Shown: positions 46,915 to 58,005, counted from the stretch's first letter. The stretch is DNA of 64,000 nt from an uncultured Bacteroidales bacterium (GCA_964477095.1 CAYZDA010000007.1:13446-77445), one strand, 5' to 3'. Notes: a model not told the origin generated them from the sequence alone. Numbers and translations are program-made.

Positions 46915-47940
46915 TCATTCCTTCCCGGGATCAGTATCCCGGTCGCCCTGCATGCGTTCGGTCATCCATCCCGGATATTCCGGTGTAAGCCTGCTCACTT
47001 TATCCAGGCGCTCAAGCTCCTCTTCAGTAAAGCTGATGTCTGTTGATTTCAGATTATCTTCCAGTTGTTCTATCTTCCTGGTCCCGATGATCACGCTGGT
47101 AACAACCTCCTGATGAAGCAGCCATGCCAGAGCAATGACGGCAACAGATACATTATGGTTTCCGGCTATTTCTTCCATCACATCCACAATATCATAAGCT
47201 TTTTCTTTATCTATGGGCGGAAAATCAAATTCCTTACGCCGGGCATCGCCTTGCGGAACTTTGTCACGCTTATATTTACCCGTGAGGAATCCTCCTGAAA
47301 GCGGGCTCCACACAAGCAAGCCCATATCAAGGTGCTTCAGAAGCGGCACAGTTTCCCGCTCCAGATCACGGCTGGCGATGGAATAATATGCCTGTAGCGA
47401 TTTAAACTGCTCCCAGCCATGTTTGTCAGCAATAGCATTCAACTGCATGATCTGCCACGCCATATGGTTGGATATCCCAATATAGCGCACCTTACCTTCC
47501 CGAACCAGATCATTGAGCGTTTGCATCACATCTTCAAAAGAAGTTTCAATGTCCAGACCATGGATTTGATAAAGATCAATATAATCCGTTCCAAGGCGCT
47601 TCAAACTCTCCTCCACCTGATGCCTGATATGTATCCGCGACAGTCCGGTATCATTTATCCCGTCACCCATACGACCCCTCACCTTGGTGGCCAGGACGAT
47701 ATCCTTCCGACTACTACCAAGTGCTTTCCCAAGCATTTCTTCCGATGTTCCCCTGGAATAAACATTGGCGGTGTCGAAGAAATTAATACCGCCTTCCATG
47801 GCTCGACTCACCATTTTATCAGCATCATTCTGTGTGAGTTGCCCAACATTCTTCCACATGCCTGTGCCACCAAATCCCATAGTGCCAAAGCATAGCTCCG
47901 ATACAAAGAGCCCTGTGTTTCCGAGTTTTCTGTATTTCAT
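46915..47940 (-). CDS. Aldo/keto reductase (AKR, Tas/YajO-like)
   Basis: MKYRKLGNTGLFVSELCFGTMGFGG, NFFDTANVYSRG, IDLYQIHG, VRYIGISN. Confidence 0.9.
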   Translation of the reverse strand: MKYRKLGNTGLFVSELCFGTMGFGGTGMWKNVGQLTQNDADKMVSRAMEGGINFFDTANVYSRGTSEEMLGKALGSSRKDIVLATKVRGRMGDGINDTGLSRIHIRHQVEESLKRLGTDYIDLYQIHGLDIETSFEDVMQTLNDLVREGKVRYIGISNHMAWQIMQLNAIADKHGWEQFKSLQAYYSIASRDLERETVPLLKHLDMGLLVWSPLSGGFLTGKYKRDKVPQGDARRKEFDFPPIDKEKAYDIVDVMEEIAGNHNVSVAVIALAWLLHQEVVTSVIIGTRKIEQLEDNLKSTDISFTEEELERLDKVSRLTPEYPGWMTERMQGDRDTDPGKE

Positions 47941-47998
47941 AGTAACGAATTTTAGTTAGAAATTCAACCCGGTATGCTGAAATATTGTTCACATGATA

Positions 47999-50900
47999 TC
48001 ATGACCCCTTAAGATTTATGCTGATTTTATCCATTAGCATTTTACGGTTAACCGGTTTACTCAAATAATCATTACAACCGGCTTCCAGGCTCTTTTCCCT
48101 GTCTCCTTCAAGAGCATAAGCTGTTTGCGCAATAATCACCACCTTATCATTCATATTCCTGATTTCCCTTGTAGCCTTATATCCATCCATCACAGGCATT
48201 TTTATATCCATCAGTATCAAATTGATATTACCGTGTTCCCTATATAAACGCACAGCTTCACGCCCGTTGGCCGCCATAATAATTTTTGAAAACTTGTTTT
48301 TCAATAGCTCAGCCAGGTAAAACCGTGATACTTCCTCATCATCCACAATTAGCACGGTATCATATTTACCATTCCCACCGGATGCTATCGAAATATTTTT
48401 CTTATCCGCAGTTTTTTCCTTCATTCCCGTGGTATCCACCAGGGGTAAGGTAAAATAAAACGTACTGCCTTTGCCTTCTTCAGAGTGAAACCACATTCTG
48501 CCATCCAGCATCTGCACATAAGCCATAGCAATAGATAAGCCAAGGCCCGATCCTTCATAAGCCCTGGTATCTTCTATATCCGCCTGAACAAAACGGTCAA
48601 AAACAGCCGACCGCCTGTCTTCCGGAATGCCGATACCTGTATCTCTCACAAAGAATTCCAGTTCAGATTCCTTTTTCCTGCATCCAAATTCAATTTCACC
48701 CTCTTTTGTATATTTTACCGCATTTTTTAGCAGGTTTGAGAGTATAGATTGCAGCTTTTCCTCATCAGTTTCCAGATACAGAGCAGCAAGTTCGCACTTT
48801 GCAAACCGGAAATCCAGGCCTTTTTTTTCAGCTTCCGGATTAAAAAATGCATAATTGTACTCCATCATGCTGATCACATCAAATTTCGACCTTTTGATTT
48901 TTACCTGTCCGGCTTCAATCTTTGATATATCAATAAGATCATTAATAGTATTTAGCATGCGATCGCCGCTTTTAAGAATAATATCAACATACTCTCTTTG
49001 CTCTTCACCGCTGAGATTAGGTTCTTTAAGCAAGTCTGCAAAACCAATTATCCCATTCATGGGTGTGCGTATCTCATGACTCATATTAGCCAGGAAAGCA
49101 GATTTAAGCCGGTCGGCTTCTTCGGCTTTGTCTTTAGCCGCTATCAGCTCAGCTTCCACCCGTTTTTGTTTACTGATATCCTGAAGAACACCTGCAACTT
49201 TTACCGGTTTCCCGCTATTATCCTGAACAATTTCGGCAATAGACCGGATCACCATCGTTTGAGAGTTATCATCCGGCTGTACCGCAAACTGAATATCATA
49301 AGCTATATCCTTGTTCAGCAGATCAGCCAATGCATTATTCACCCGGTCACGGTCTCCGGGAATTACTTTTTCCATCACTTCGTCAGGATCAAACCATTCC
49401 CTGTTCATGTCAAGATTATACAATCTTTTACCTTCCTGGGACCCCCAGAATTTTCCGGTCTCCAGGCAAATCTCCCAACTGCCGATATGCCCAACTTCCT
49501 GGGCCTTCCGGTATCTGCTTTCACTTTCTTCTGCTTTTTCTTTTGCTTTAACGAGCTCTTTCTCAGCATATTTCTTTTCAGTAATATCAGTGAAATTCAG
49601 CACGATACCCTGCACAGCCTCATCATGTAAAAGATTCGTAAATGTAGTTTCTATCCATCGATATTCACCCTGCTTATTTCTGAAGCGGTAGCTGGCTTTG
49701 GGTTTTTCCCCGGGGTGGTGCATAACATGTTCAAAAACCTTCTGTATTTTAGGCAAATCATCCGGGTGAGTATATTTATCACCATGCTTACCAACGATAT
49801 CAGTCTCCGTATAGCCAAAGTGCCGCAATGAATTAGGGCTGGCATATACATATTTACCCACAGCATCCAGGATAACCAGGCCATCAGGTGCATTTTCAAT
49901 CAAACTGCGCAGCCTTCTTTCTGCCCTGTCAATCCGCTCCACAGCACGTTTCCTGTCATTGATATCAAACAAAGTACCAAGTATCTGCACCGGCATCCCT
50001 TTATCATTATAACGGAAAATATTAAACCGGCTGTTCATCCATTTCCATTGCCCCTGATGCTTTAATCTCACTTCAGTATCGAGATGTTCAACCTCAGGAT
50101 TAAGAACCATTTCTTTAATTTGATCCACAAATCTTTCCCTGTCATCAGGATGGATCAGGCGCTGAACTTCTGCATAACCGATTGAAGCAGGATCATCCAG
50201 TTCATCTTTGAAAAACTCTTTGTGCTCTTTATTGGACCAGATATTTCTTTCCTTTTCCAGATCGGATATAAAAAGTAATACGGGAGAAGTATCAGCAATG
50301 GCTTTAGCCATACGTTCGCTCTCCCTCATAGCTTCCTCGGCTCTTTTACGCGCGGTGATATCTCTCACAGTTCCTATGATACTCACCGGATTCCCATGGC
50401 TGTCTGTTTGCAATTGTGCTGAGATAGAGGCAACAGGTTTGGAGCCATCCAGGTTTTTCAGCGTAACTTCCCTGTCGGTAACTCTGCCCTTCTGATGAAG
50501 TTCCTCAAGCACCCGATCCCTCTCACCCGGATCGCTATACAAAGAAGCTAAAGGCCGGCCTATAAGGTCCTCCCTCAACACATGTCCTCCTGATAATTCT
50601 TTTACAGAAGGACTCACTTCAAGCAGGACCCCATTCATATCTACTTCATAAAATACATCCTGTATGTGTTCAAAAAGATTACGGTATTTCTTCTCGCTCT
50701 CCTTCAGTTTTTCTTTAGTTTCTTTTGTCTCGGTAATATCTCTTATCACCCCTGATACAAGCACAGGATTGCCATTTCTATCCCGCTCAAGTATGGCGCG
50801 TGATCTTATGGTACGGTGTTCGCCTGTATCCTTTTTTATGATTTCAATTTGCTCATCAAACTCTTTGTTGTGTTCCACAAGTTCTATCAAAGCCTGATGG

Positions 50901-51469
50901 ACGCTTTCCCTGTCCTGTATGTATGATTCCACCTCTTCTGTGCTCAGATAGGAGTCCTTTCCCTGCAAGCCATAAATTCTCCTGGCTTCTCTTGATGCCC
51001 AGAACCTGCCTGACTGTAAATCATATTCCCAGTTGCCCACTCCGCCTAAGCGCTGAGCCTTACGATAGCGTCGAAGATTAAGGTCAAGCTCCTGCTGAAG
51101 TTTCTTTGTTTTCGTAATATCACGGATTTCTGTTAATAAACCAACCCTTTTACCATCATCATTAATAAAATCTATATAAGATTCCAGTATCAAAACTTCA
51201 TTTTCTTCAGTGGTAATTTCATATTCAAAAGAAGCAGGTTTTGTGCCTCTTTTAAATTGTCGCTCGTATAGTATTTCAGCCCGATTCTGCATATGCGGCG
51301 GCAATACAGCAGTAATACGGCTTCCTTTAACCTTTTCTTTGCTGATATCAAAATACCGTAGGTACCGTTCATTGGCGAATATGACTCTCCCCTCTGCATC
51401 TGAAATCGCCATGGCATGGGCTGCATGTTCAAACGCGCTTTTAAAAATACCTGTATGATTATTATCCAT
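47999..51469 (-). CDS. Multi-PAS hybrid sensor histidine kinase / response regulator
   Basis: About six PAS/PAC units, H-box FLANMSHEIRTPMNGIIGF, N-box LLKNAVKYT, G1 VRDTGIGI, G2 GSGLGLSIA, and a receiver (VLIVDDEEV...LILMDIKMPVMDG...NDYLSKP). I prefer the ATG at 51469 over the track's GTG at 51580. Confidence 0.85.
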   Translation of the reverse strand: MDNNHTGIFKSAFEHAAHAMAISDAEGRVIFANERYLRYFDISKEKVKGSRITAVLPPHMQNRAEILYERQFKRGTKPASFEYEITTEENEVLILESYIDFINDDGKRVGLLTEIRDITKTKKLQQELDLNLRRYRKAQRLGGVGNWEYDLQSGRFWASREARRIYGLQGKDSYLSTEEVESYIQDRESVHQALIELVEHNKEFDEQIEIIKKDTGEHRTIRSRAILERDRNGNPVLVSGVIRDITETKETKEKLKESEKKYRNLFEHIQDVFYEVDMNGVLLEVSPSVKELSGGHVLREDLIGRPLASLYSDPGERDRVLEELHQKGRVTDREVTLKNLDGSKPVASISAQLQTDSHGNPVSIIGTVRDITARKRAEEAMRESERMAKAIADTSPVLLFISDLEKERNIWSNKEHKEFFKDELDDPASIGYAEVQRLIHPDDRERFVDQIKEMVLNPEVEHLDTEVRLKHQGQWKWMNSRFNIFRYNDKGMPVQILGTLFDINDRKRAVERIDRAERRLRSLIENAPDGLVILDAVGKYVYASPNSLRHFGYTETDIVGKHGDKYTHPDDLPKIQKVFEHVMHHPGEKPKASYRFRNKQGEYRWIETTFTNLLHDEAVQGIVLNFTDITEKKYAEKELVKAKEKAEESESRYRKAQEVGHIGSWEICLETGKFWGSQEGKRLYNLDMNREWFDPDEVMEKVIPGDRDRVNNALADLLNKDIAYDIQFAVQPDDNSQTMVIRSIAEIVQDNSGKPVKVAGVLQDISKQKRVEAELIAAKDKAEEADRLKSAFLANMSHEIRTPMNGIIGFADLLKEPNLSGEEQREYVDIILKSGDRMLNTINDLIDISKIEAGQVKIKRSKFDVISMMEYNYAFFNPEAEKKGLDFRFAKCELAALYLETDEEKLQSILSNLLKNAVKYTKEGEIEFGCRKKESELEFFVRDTGIGIPEDRRSAVFDRFVQADIEDTRAYEGSGLGLSIAMAYVQMLDGRMWFHSEEGKGSTFYFTLPLVDTTGMKEKTADKKNISIASGGNGKYDTVLIVDDEEVSRFYLAELLKNKFSKIIMAANGREAVRLYREHGNINLILMDIKMPVMDGYKATREIRNMNDKVVIIAQTAYALEGDREKSLEAGCNDYLSKPVNRKMLMDKISINLKGS

Positions 51470-51897
51470 ATTATTAGCTTGAATTATCCCGGGAATAACC
51501 GAATAAAAAGGGTGTGAAAATATGCCGCTAAGATAGCCAGCAGCGAAGTGAAATATCAAGTTACATGCTAACCAATTCACTTGGGGTTCCCAAATTTGGA
51601 AGCCTCCCGGCTACAGTTAATACCCTGTTTAGAATAATACTAAAACTGCACGCACAGTGAGGACAGTTGTACTTCTTTCTGCGGAAATCAGGAAACTCTT
51701 TAAAGTAGCATCTGCTTTAGCAACGGGAAAACGTCTGCTATTATGATGGTACTAAAACCGGGGCTGTATGGTTTTATCGGCTCAATATTATTCTGGCTTC
51801 CATGAATAATAAGTTTGTGTAACCTTTCACCAAAATGATTAAACAAAATATATTAATTGTTGTTTATTGTCCAATTTAATTATGTATTTTTATAGAA

Positions 51898-54288
51898 ATG
51901 AAAAAATCACATTCCTTGATCATATTATTGTTAGCCGTGGGCCAGTCATTAATGGCTCAAACAGGAAGCATCAAAGGCAGGGTTTACGACAAAAACACGA
52001 ATGATCCCCTTCCATTCACTAATATAATAATATTTGGCACCAACATTGGCACCACCTCTGATTTTGACGGCAATTTCACTTTTACCGGGCTGGAGCCGGG
52101 ATTTGTGCGATTGCAGGCTACTTCAGTGGGATATGAAAAGACAATCACCGAAGAAGTTCAGGTAACCAATGCCCGTGCAGTACGTGTTGAAATATCCATG
52201 GACAGGAAATCACAGGAGCTGGAGGAAGTAGTGGTTGAGGTATCTCCTTTTAAGGAAAAGGAAGAAAGCCCTGTTAGCATGCGCACACTCACTGTATCAG
52301 AAATAGAGAAAAACCCCGGTGCAAACCGTGATATCTCCAGAGTGATACAGGCTTTTCCGGGTGTAGCTTCCAGTGTTTCATTCCGGAATGATGTTATTGT
52401 GCGAGGTGGTGGTCCGGCTGAAAACAGCTTTTATCTGGATGGAATTGAGATACCTAATATCAATCATTTTGCCACCCAGGGAGCATCAGGAGGGCCGGTG
52501 GGGATTATCAATGTGGATTTCATACGTGAGGTGGACTACTACGCTGGTGCGTTTCCTGCAAATCGCGGCGGAGCCCTGAGTTCAGTGCTGGAGTTCCGGC
52601 AAATCAACGGTAATCCTGACAATTTCTCGGCCCGCGCAACCGTTGGCGCCAGTGACCTCGCACTTACACTCAATGGACCGCTGGGAAAGAAAACTACCAT
52701 GATAGCTTCTGCACGCAGATCATACCTGCAGTTTCTTTTTGATGTAATCGGCTTACCATTCCTTCCTACCTATAACGATTTTCAGTTTAAAAGTAAAACA
52801 CGCTTCAATAATAAAAATGAGCTCACCTTTATCGGATTGGGAGCTATAGACCAGTTTTCGCTGAATACCGGACTTGAATCACCTGATGAAGAGCAGCGCT
52901 ATATTTTGCGCACCGTACCCGTCAACGAACAGTGGAATTACACGGTTGGGGCTATCTACCGCCATTACGGTAAAAAAGGATATGATTCATGGTTTTTATC
53001 CAGAAACATGCTGGACAATTCATCTTATAAATATCCTGAAAATGATGAGAGCCGGCAAAAAATACTGGACTTCACTTCCAGGGAAATTGAAAACAAGCTG
53101 CGCTACGAACGCAATGAGCGCAGGGGCGATTTTAAGCTCATGTATGGTGCCGGTGTATCATATGCCAAATACTACAATGACTTCTTTCAGCGGATATATC
53201 TGCCAACAGGCCCTGATACGCTGGACTACAATTCAGAACTAAAGCTATTCAAGTGGCACCTGTTTGGGCAGGTTAGCAGGAAGTTTTTACAGGATCAACT
53301 GGTGCTTTCAATAGGTACACGCATGGATGCCACTGATTATTCATTGGGTATGTCAAACCTGATGGACCAGTTTTCGCCGCGTTTTTCAGCTTCATATAAG
53401 CTGAATCCCAAATGGTCAGTAAATTTCAACACTGGCCGCTATTACCAGTTACCGGCCTATACCACACTGGGATTCCGTGATAACAGCGGAATGCTCGTTA
53501 ACAAGCAAAATGACCTTACATATATAGCCGCCAATCATTATGTGGCCGGACTGGCCTGGTATCCGCAGAGTGATGCCAAGGTAACTATAGAAGGTTTCTT
53601 AAAACAATACGGCAATTACCCGTTTTCATTACGCGATTCCATTTCGCTGGCCAATGCCGGGGCCGACTTCGGGACTGTTGGTGACGTTCCCGTTGTGAGC
53701 ACTTCCACAGGTCGTGCATACGGGCTGGAGGTATTGGCGCGTGACCGCGCCACCATACTCGATCTGAATGTAATCCTCTCCTACACATTTGTACGAAGTG
53801 AGTTTAAAGACAAATACAGCGAATACAGGCCTTCTTCATGGGACAATATCCATCTACTTAACCTAACCCTGAGACGGGAGTTCAAAAACAACTGGGACGT
53901 GGGAGCAAAATTCCGCTACGTGGGTGGCTCTCCATATACACCCTGGGACATGCGTAATTCAGCCATAGCTAATGCCTGGGATATCCGTGGAAATGGCATT
54001 GCTGATTATGACCGCCTGAATGAGGAACGCCTGGCTGGATTTCACCAACTGGATATACGTGTGGATAAAGCCTGGTATTTTAGCAACTGGTCGCTTATGC
54101 TTTATCTGGATATTCAAAACCTGTACAACTATCAGGCGGAAACAAAACCCAACCTGGTGCAACAATTAGATAAACAGGGCAACCCGGTTACCTATATCGA
54201 AAATGGTGTGAAAAAATACCGGCTGAAGAAGCTCAGCACCACTTCAGGTACTATTCTTCCCACCATAGGGATTATGATAGAAATATGA
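51898..54288 (+). CDS. TonB-dependent receptor-like outer-membrane protein with N-terminal carboxypeptidase-regulatory-like domain
   Basis: Signal peptide. CarboxypepD_reg-like GSIKGRVYDKNTNDPLPFTNIIIFGTNIGTTSDFDGNFTF. Plug-like VSMRTLTVSEIEKNPGANRDISRVIQAFPGV...VIVRGGGPAENSFYLDGIEI. Long beta-barrel. Confidence 0.75.
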   Translation: MKKSHSLIILLLAVGQSLMAQTGSIKGRVYDKNTNDPLPFTNIIIFGTNIGTTSDFDGNFTFTGLEPGFVRLQATSVGYEKTITEEVQVTNARAVRVEISMDRKSQELEEVVVEVSPFKEKEESPVSMRTLTVSEIEKNPGANRDISRVIQAFPGVASSVSFRNDVIVRGGGPAENSFYLDGIEIPNINHFATQGASGGPVGIINVDFIREVDYYAGAFPANRGGALSSVLEFRQINGNPDNFSARATVGASDLALTLNGPLGKKTTMIASARRSYLQFLFDVIGLPFLPTYNDFQFKSKTRFNNKNELTFIGLGAIDQFSLNTGLESPDEEQRYILRTVPVNEQWNYTVGAIYRHYGKKGYDSWFLSRNMLDNSSYKYPENDESRQKILDFTSREIENKLRYERNERRGDFKLMYGAGVSYAKYYNDFFQRIYLPTGPDTLDYNSELKLFKWHLFGQVSRKFLQDQLVLSIGTRMDATDYSLGMSNLMDQFSPRFSASYKLNPKWSVNFNTGRYYQLPAYTTLGFRDNSGMLVNKQNDLTYIAANHYVAGLAWYPQSDAKVTIEGFLKQYGNYPFSLRDSISLANAGADFGTVGDVPVVSTSTGRAYGLEVLARDRATILDLNVILSYTFVRSEFKDKYSEYRPSSWDNIHLLNLTLRREFKNNWDVGAKFRYVGGSPYTPWDMRNSAIANAWDIRGNGIADYDRLNEERLAGFHQLDIRVDKAWYFSNWSLMLYLDIQNLYNYQAETKPNLVQQLDKQGNPVTYIENGVKKYRLKKLSTTSGTILPTIGIMIEI

Positions 54289-54445
54289 TGCATTAAAACC
54301 AAATGCCATGAACCGGTTATCAAAATCTTTAACACTCACGAGCATGATCATAAAAAGCCATGGAATGTGCTCAAGGAATATGGACTTTCATGGAAAGCCC
54401 ATATCCGCATTAAAATCAAACTATAGACAGATGATACCAAAAACT

Positions 54446-55180
54446 ATGTTCCGTTTTATACTGATCGCCGGCATAACTTTAATGATGCATAGCTGCGGAA
54501 TAAGAAGTGATGACCGGCAACCGGTTTTCGAGCAGCGCCAGATGAACACATCTGCAAAAGGAAGCCTGCTGGAAATAAAACTGGTGGCAGGGCCTGATTT
54601 CAATCATCCACTGATGGCCATCTGGCTTGAGGATTTGAATAACAGGTTTATCCAGACACTTTTTGTAGCAGAATCAATTGGGAAGGGAGAATTTGCATAT
54701 GGTAAGCAGGAAAAAGGACAATGGCTGCCTGGTGAAATACAACGCCCGTCAGCATTGCCTGTTTGGTCACATAAAAGCATTAAAGAAAAAAACCGCTATG
54801 GAAATTACCTGCCTACTCCCGAAAACCCGGTAGCAGACGCATACACGGGCGCAACACCGTTGCAGAGCTTTATCATGAAAGTAACTACTGAAAAAGAGAT
54901 CACCCGGCCGGTGAAAATCATGCTGGAGATCAATCAGGCTTTTGACTGGAATGAGCACTGGACGAATAATAAGTATCCGGCAGACGATGACTATAAAACC
55001 TCAGCACAGCCGGCCGTTATCTACAGTGCAACCATCAGACCGGAGAGCACTGATTCTGTATTTGTGCTGGAACCTATTGGTAACGCGCATTACTCCGGTG
55101 ATAACGGCAATATCTATCAGGAACTCTCCACCATTAGCACGAGAATGGTGAGGTTGGTGCAGGTGAAAATTGTGGATTAA
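54446..55180 (+). CDS. Hypothetical lipoprotein (tentatively DUF2271-like)
   Basis: Lipobox LMMHSCG from the ATG at 54446. The segment PLMAIWLEDLNNRFIQTLFVA...WLPGE...LPVWSH resembles the DUF2271 signature from memory. Not verified. Confidence 0.5.
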   Translation: MFRFILIAGITLMMHSCGIRSDDRQPVFEQRQMNTSAKGSLLEIKLVAGPDFNHPLMAIWLEDLNNRFIQTLFVAESIGKGEFAYGKQEKGQWLPGEIQRPSALPVWSHKSIKEKNRYGNYLPTPENPVADAYTGATPLQSFIMKVTTEKEITRPVKIMLEINQAFDWNEHWTNNKYPADDDYKTSAQPAVIYSATIRPESTDSVFVLEPIGNAHYSGDNGNIYQELSTISTRMVRLVQVKIVD

Positions 55181-55278
55181 AATGTATAGTGTCTGAGCTG
55201 CTTTTCCCGATATAATTCCTGTAGTAAAATTTCACCCTTTCTATTGTAATGATGATTTCCTGTAACTCTTCATGGGAA

Positions 55279-55923
55279 TCACCGGTCTGCCTTATTCTTC
55301 AGCATGGGAACAAACTTAAAGAAACCGTGATCTTTTTCCTGCAGGCTTCCATCCTGCTGCTTAATGATGGTTTTCATTACCTGAGTACCCTCTCCAACAG
55401 GTGCCACCAGCACTCCGCCGGTTTTTAGTTGTTTTATCAGATCCTCGGGAATATATGGAGCCGCAGCAGTTATAATCATCTTATCAAAAGGTGCAAATGT
55501 AGGCAGCCCTTTGTAGCCGTCGCCATAAAAAACCTTAACATGATATCCCAAATCATCCAGAATTTCTTTAGCCCGTAGATAAAGGTTACGATGCCGCTCA
55601 ATGGAATATACTTTGGCTCCCATTTTAGCCAGTATGCTGGCCTGGTAACCTGATCCTGTTCCGATTTCCAGTATTTTATCCCCCTTTTTCACCTGCAGCA
55701 GTTCTGTTTGGAACGCTACAGTGTATGGTTGGCTGATGGTTTGGTCTGAACCTATTGGAAATGGCTTATCCTCGTAGGCATGTTCCACGAATGAAGAGTC
55801 CATAAATACATGCCGGGGCACTTCGCGTACAGCTTCTAATACCTTTTCATCGGTAATCCCTTTCGCTCTCAACTCCTGAGCCAACCTGGTCCTTAATCCT
55901 TTATGCCTGTATGAATCTACCAT
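55279..55923 (-). CDS. pcm: Protein-L-isoaspartate O-methyltransferase
   Basis: AVREVPRHVF, TISQPYTVA, SAM motif ILEIGTGSGYQA, and APVG near the C-terminus. Confidence 0.9.
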   Translation of the reverse strand: MVDSYRHKGLRTRLAQELRAKGITDEKVLEAVREVPRHVFMDSSFVEHAYEDKPFPIGSDQTISQPYTVAFQTELLQVKKGDKILEIGTGSGYQASILAKMGAKVYSIERHRNLYLRAKEILDDLGYHVKVFYGDGYKGLPTFAPFDKMIITAAAPYIPEDLIKQLKTGGVLVAPVGEGTQVMKTIIKQQDGSLQEKDHGFFKFVPMLKNKADR

Positions 55924-56002
55924 GGTAGTATTTTTGATTGAATGTGAATAAAGTCGTGTATATTTTTTACAAAAGTAAAAATTTAGCCCTGCAGTTTACC
56001 CT

Positions 56003-56010
56003 TACCTTTG
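56003..56010 (+). promoter_or_regulatory. TAnnTTTG -7 element upstream of the Gfo/Idh/MocA gene
   Basis: tacctttg, 31 nt before the ATG at 56041. Confidence 0.5.
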
Positions 56011-56040
56011 TAAGTATTACAATCAAAACTGTAAATTGTT

Positions 56041-57009
56041 ATGCTTAAGATCGGAGTATTAGGGGTTGGGCATCTTGGAAAAATTCATCTGAAATGCATC
56101 AGGAATATAAAAGATTATAAGCTGATGGGCTTTTATGATACCAACGAGGAAAAAGCCAGAGCTGTGGAAGATGAATTTGGTATTCCGCGTTATCATAACT
56201 ATCCTGAGCTTATTGATGATTGCGAGGTGATAAGTATCGTAACACCCACTTCATCACATTATGAATATGCCCGTGCCGCCATTACTCACAGTCGTCATGT
56301 TTTTATTGAAAAGCCGTTGGTTAACAACACCAGCGAAGCAGAAGATCTTATTAAACTGGCAGAAGAAGCTGAGGTGAAAGTACAGGTAGGGCATGTGGAG
56401 CGTTTCAATCCTGCTTTTCTCACCATCAAAAATAAAATAGAAAATCCGATGTTTATTGAGGCTCACCGCCTGTCGGATTTCAACCCGCGCGGCCTTGATG
56501 TGCCGGTGATCTATGATCTGATGATCCACGACATAGACATTATTTTGGGTGTGGTAAACTCCCCCATAAAAAGAATAAGTGCTTCGGGAGTACCGGTGAT
56601 CAGCGACACGCCTGATATTGCCAATGCACGGATAGAATTTGATAATGGTGCAGTTGCCAACCTTACTGCCAGCCGCATATCCATGAATAAAATGCGTAAA
56701 ATCCGCTTTTTTCAGCGTGATGCATTTATTAAAGTTGATTTTCTGAACAAGCAATGCGAAATGATCAGGATGCAGAATGCCGGCGACCCGGTTGCTGAAA
56801 ATGGTTTCCGCACGGTTTCCTTTCCAGGGCTGAAAGATAAAAATATCAATATTTACCGGCCAGCGGTACCGGAAACCAATGCCATTCAAACCGAACTGCA
56901 GTATTTACATGATGCTATTGTTAATGACACACAGCCCATAGTGAGTATTAATGATGGATATAATGCGCTGTTTGTGGCACAAAAGATCATGGAAAAGGTG
57001 AACATCTGA
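56041..57009 (+). CDS. Gfo/Idh/MocA family NAD(P)-dependent oxidoreductase
   Basis: Rossmann N-terminus LKIGVLGVGHLGKIH. EKPL motif FIEKPLV. Confidence 0.85.
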   Translation: MLKIGVLGVGHLGKIHLKCIRNIKDYKLMGFYDTNEEKARAVEDEFGIPRYHNYPELIDDCEVISIVTPTSSHYEYARAAITHSRHVFIEKPLVNNTSEAEDLIKLAEEAEVKVQVGHVERFNPAFLTIKNKIENPMFIEAHRLSDFNPRGLDVPVIYDLMIHDIDIILGVVNSPIKRISASGVPVISDTPDIANARIEFDNGAVANLTASRISMNKMRKIRFFQRDAFIKVDFLNKQCEMIRMQNAGDPVAENGFRTVSFPGLKDKNINIYRPAVPETNAIQTELQYLHDAIVNDTQPIVSINDGYNALFVAQKIMEKVNI

Positions 57010-57096
57010 GTTTACCCTTTTTTTGCTATTTTCGCAGCGCGCTGCAATAAATGAATAGTTGCGGCGTTTTTGATTGATCATTTAGGCGGGTTTATA

Positions 57097-57990
57097 ATGA
57101 GCTATACGAAACAAACAGGATTTTTTCTGCTGATATTTATATTGATAACGGGACTCTGGTCTTGTGAAGTTATTGATCCTGATGATCCGGTTCCTTCCTA
57201 TATTTATATCGAAGACATATCACTGAACACATTAGCCGGGCAGGGTACTTCCGCCCAAAGCTTCAGCGATGCCTGGGTTTATTTGGATGATGAGCTGATA
57301 GGCGCCTTCGAGCTCCCGGCCATGGTGCCTCTTATTGCTGAAGGTAAACATGAAGTAAGTATTAAGCCCGGTGTTATTCTCAATGGCATTTCCTCCACCC
57401 GCGCAGCTTACCCGTTCACCGGGTTCTTCCGCAAAGAAGTGGACCTTATAAAGGAAGAAATTGACACGCTTAATGTGAATACCAGCTATTATGACAATGT
57501 CACCTTTCCCTGGACCGCTAAAGGGCAGGAGGACTTTGAACAGGGTGGAATTGCCATGGATTCTACTGCTGACAGCGACGCTATGATAATCAGGCAGTCG
57601 AATGAAGTATTTGAAGGTTCCTATTCAGGGCTCATTCAACTTGACAGTGTTGGTAGCGTATTTGAAATACAATCAACCGAAAACTTTAACTATCCCGGGG
57701 CTACAGCACCTGTTTTTCTGGAAATGCATTATAAAAACAATAACCGCTTTGTGGTAGGTGTGAAGCTTTATTATTACACCGGAAAAATCAAAACGAATCC
57801 CATAGTCGTTTTAAATCCCTCGGATAACTGGAACAAACTTTATCTGAACCTGACCCCTACCCTTACGCGCGAAAACCCTGCCCTGCAACATTATAAAATA
57901 TATTTTTCAGGAAACATTAATGAAGATGATGTATCATCAGCCAGTATCTATCTTGATAACCTGAAACTGTTGACATCATCCAATTCATAA
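57097..57990 (+). CDS. Hypothetical lipoprotein
   Basis: ATG at 57097. Lipobox ITGLWSC. Lies between the oxidoreductase and the priming sugar transferase. I recognise no family. Confidence 0.5.
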   Translation: MSYTKQTGFFLLIFILITGLWSCEVIDPDDPVPSYIYIEDISLNTLAGQGTSAQSFSDAWVYLDDELIGAFELPAMVPLIAEGKHEVSIKPGVILNGISSTRAAYPFTGFFRKEVDLIKEEIDTLNVNTSYYDNVTFPWTAKGQEDFEQGGIAMDSTADSDAMIIRQSNEVFEGSYSGLIQLDSVGSVFEIQSTENFNYPGATAPVFLEMHYKNNNRFVVGVKLYYYTGKIKTNPIVVLNPSDNWNKLYLNLTPTLTRENPALQHYKIYFSGNINEDDVSSASIYLDNLKLLTSSNS

Positions 57991-58005
57991 GATCAGCTAA
58001 GCAGC

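Noticed and set aside
48627-49691. Cluster of plus-strand ORFs (up to 210 aa) antisense to the multi-PAS hybrid kinase
   Set aside because: They lie entirely within a well-supported 1156-codon gene on the other strand, and they have no promoter motif and no recognisable domains.
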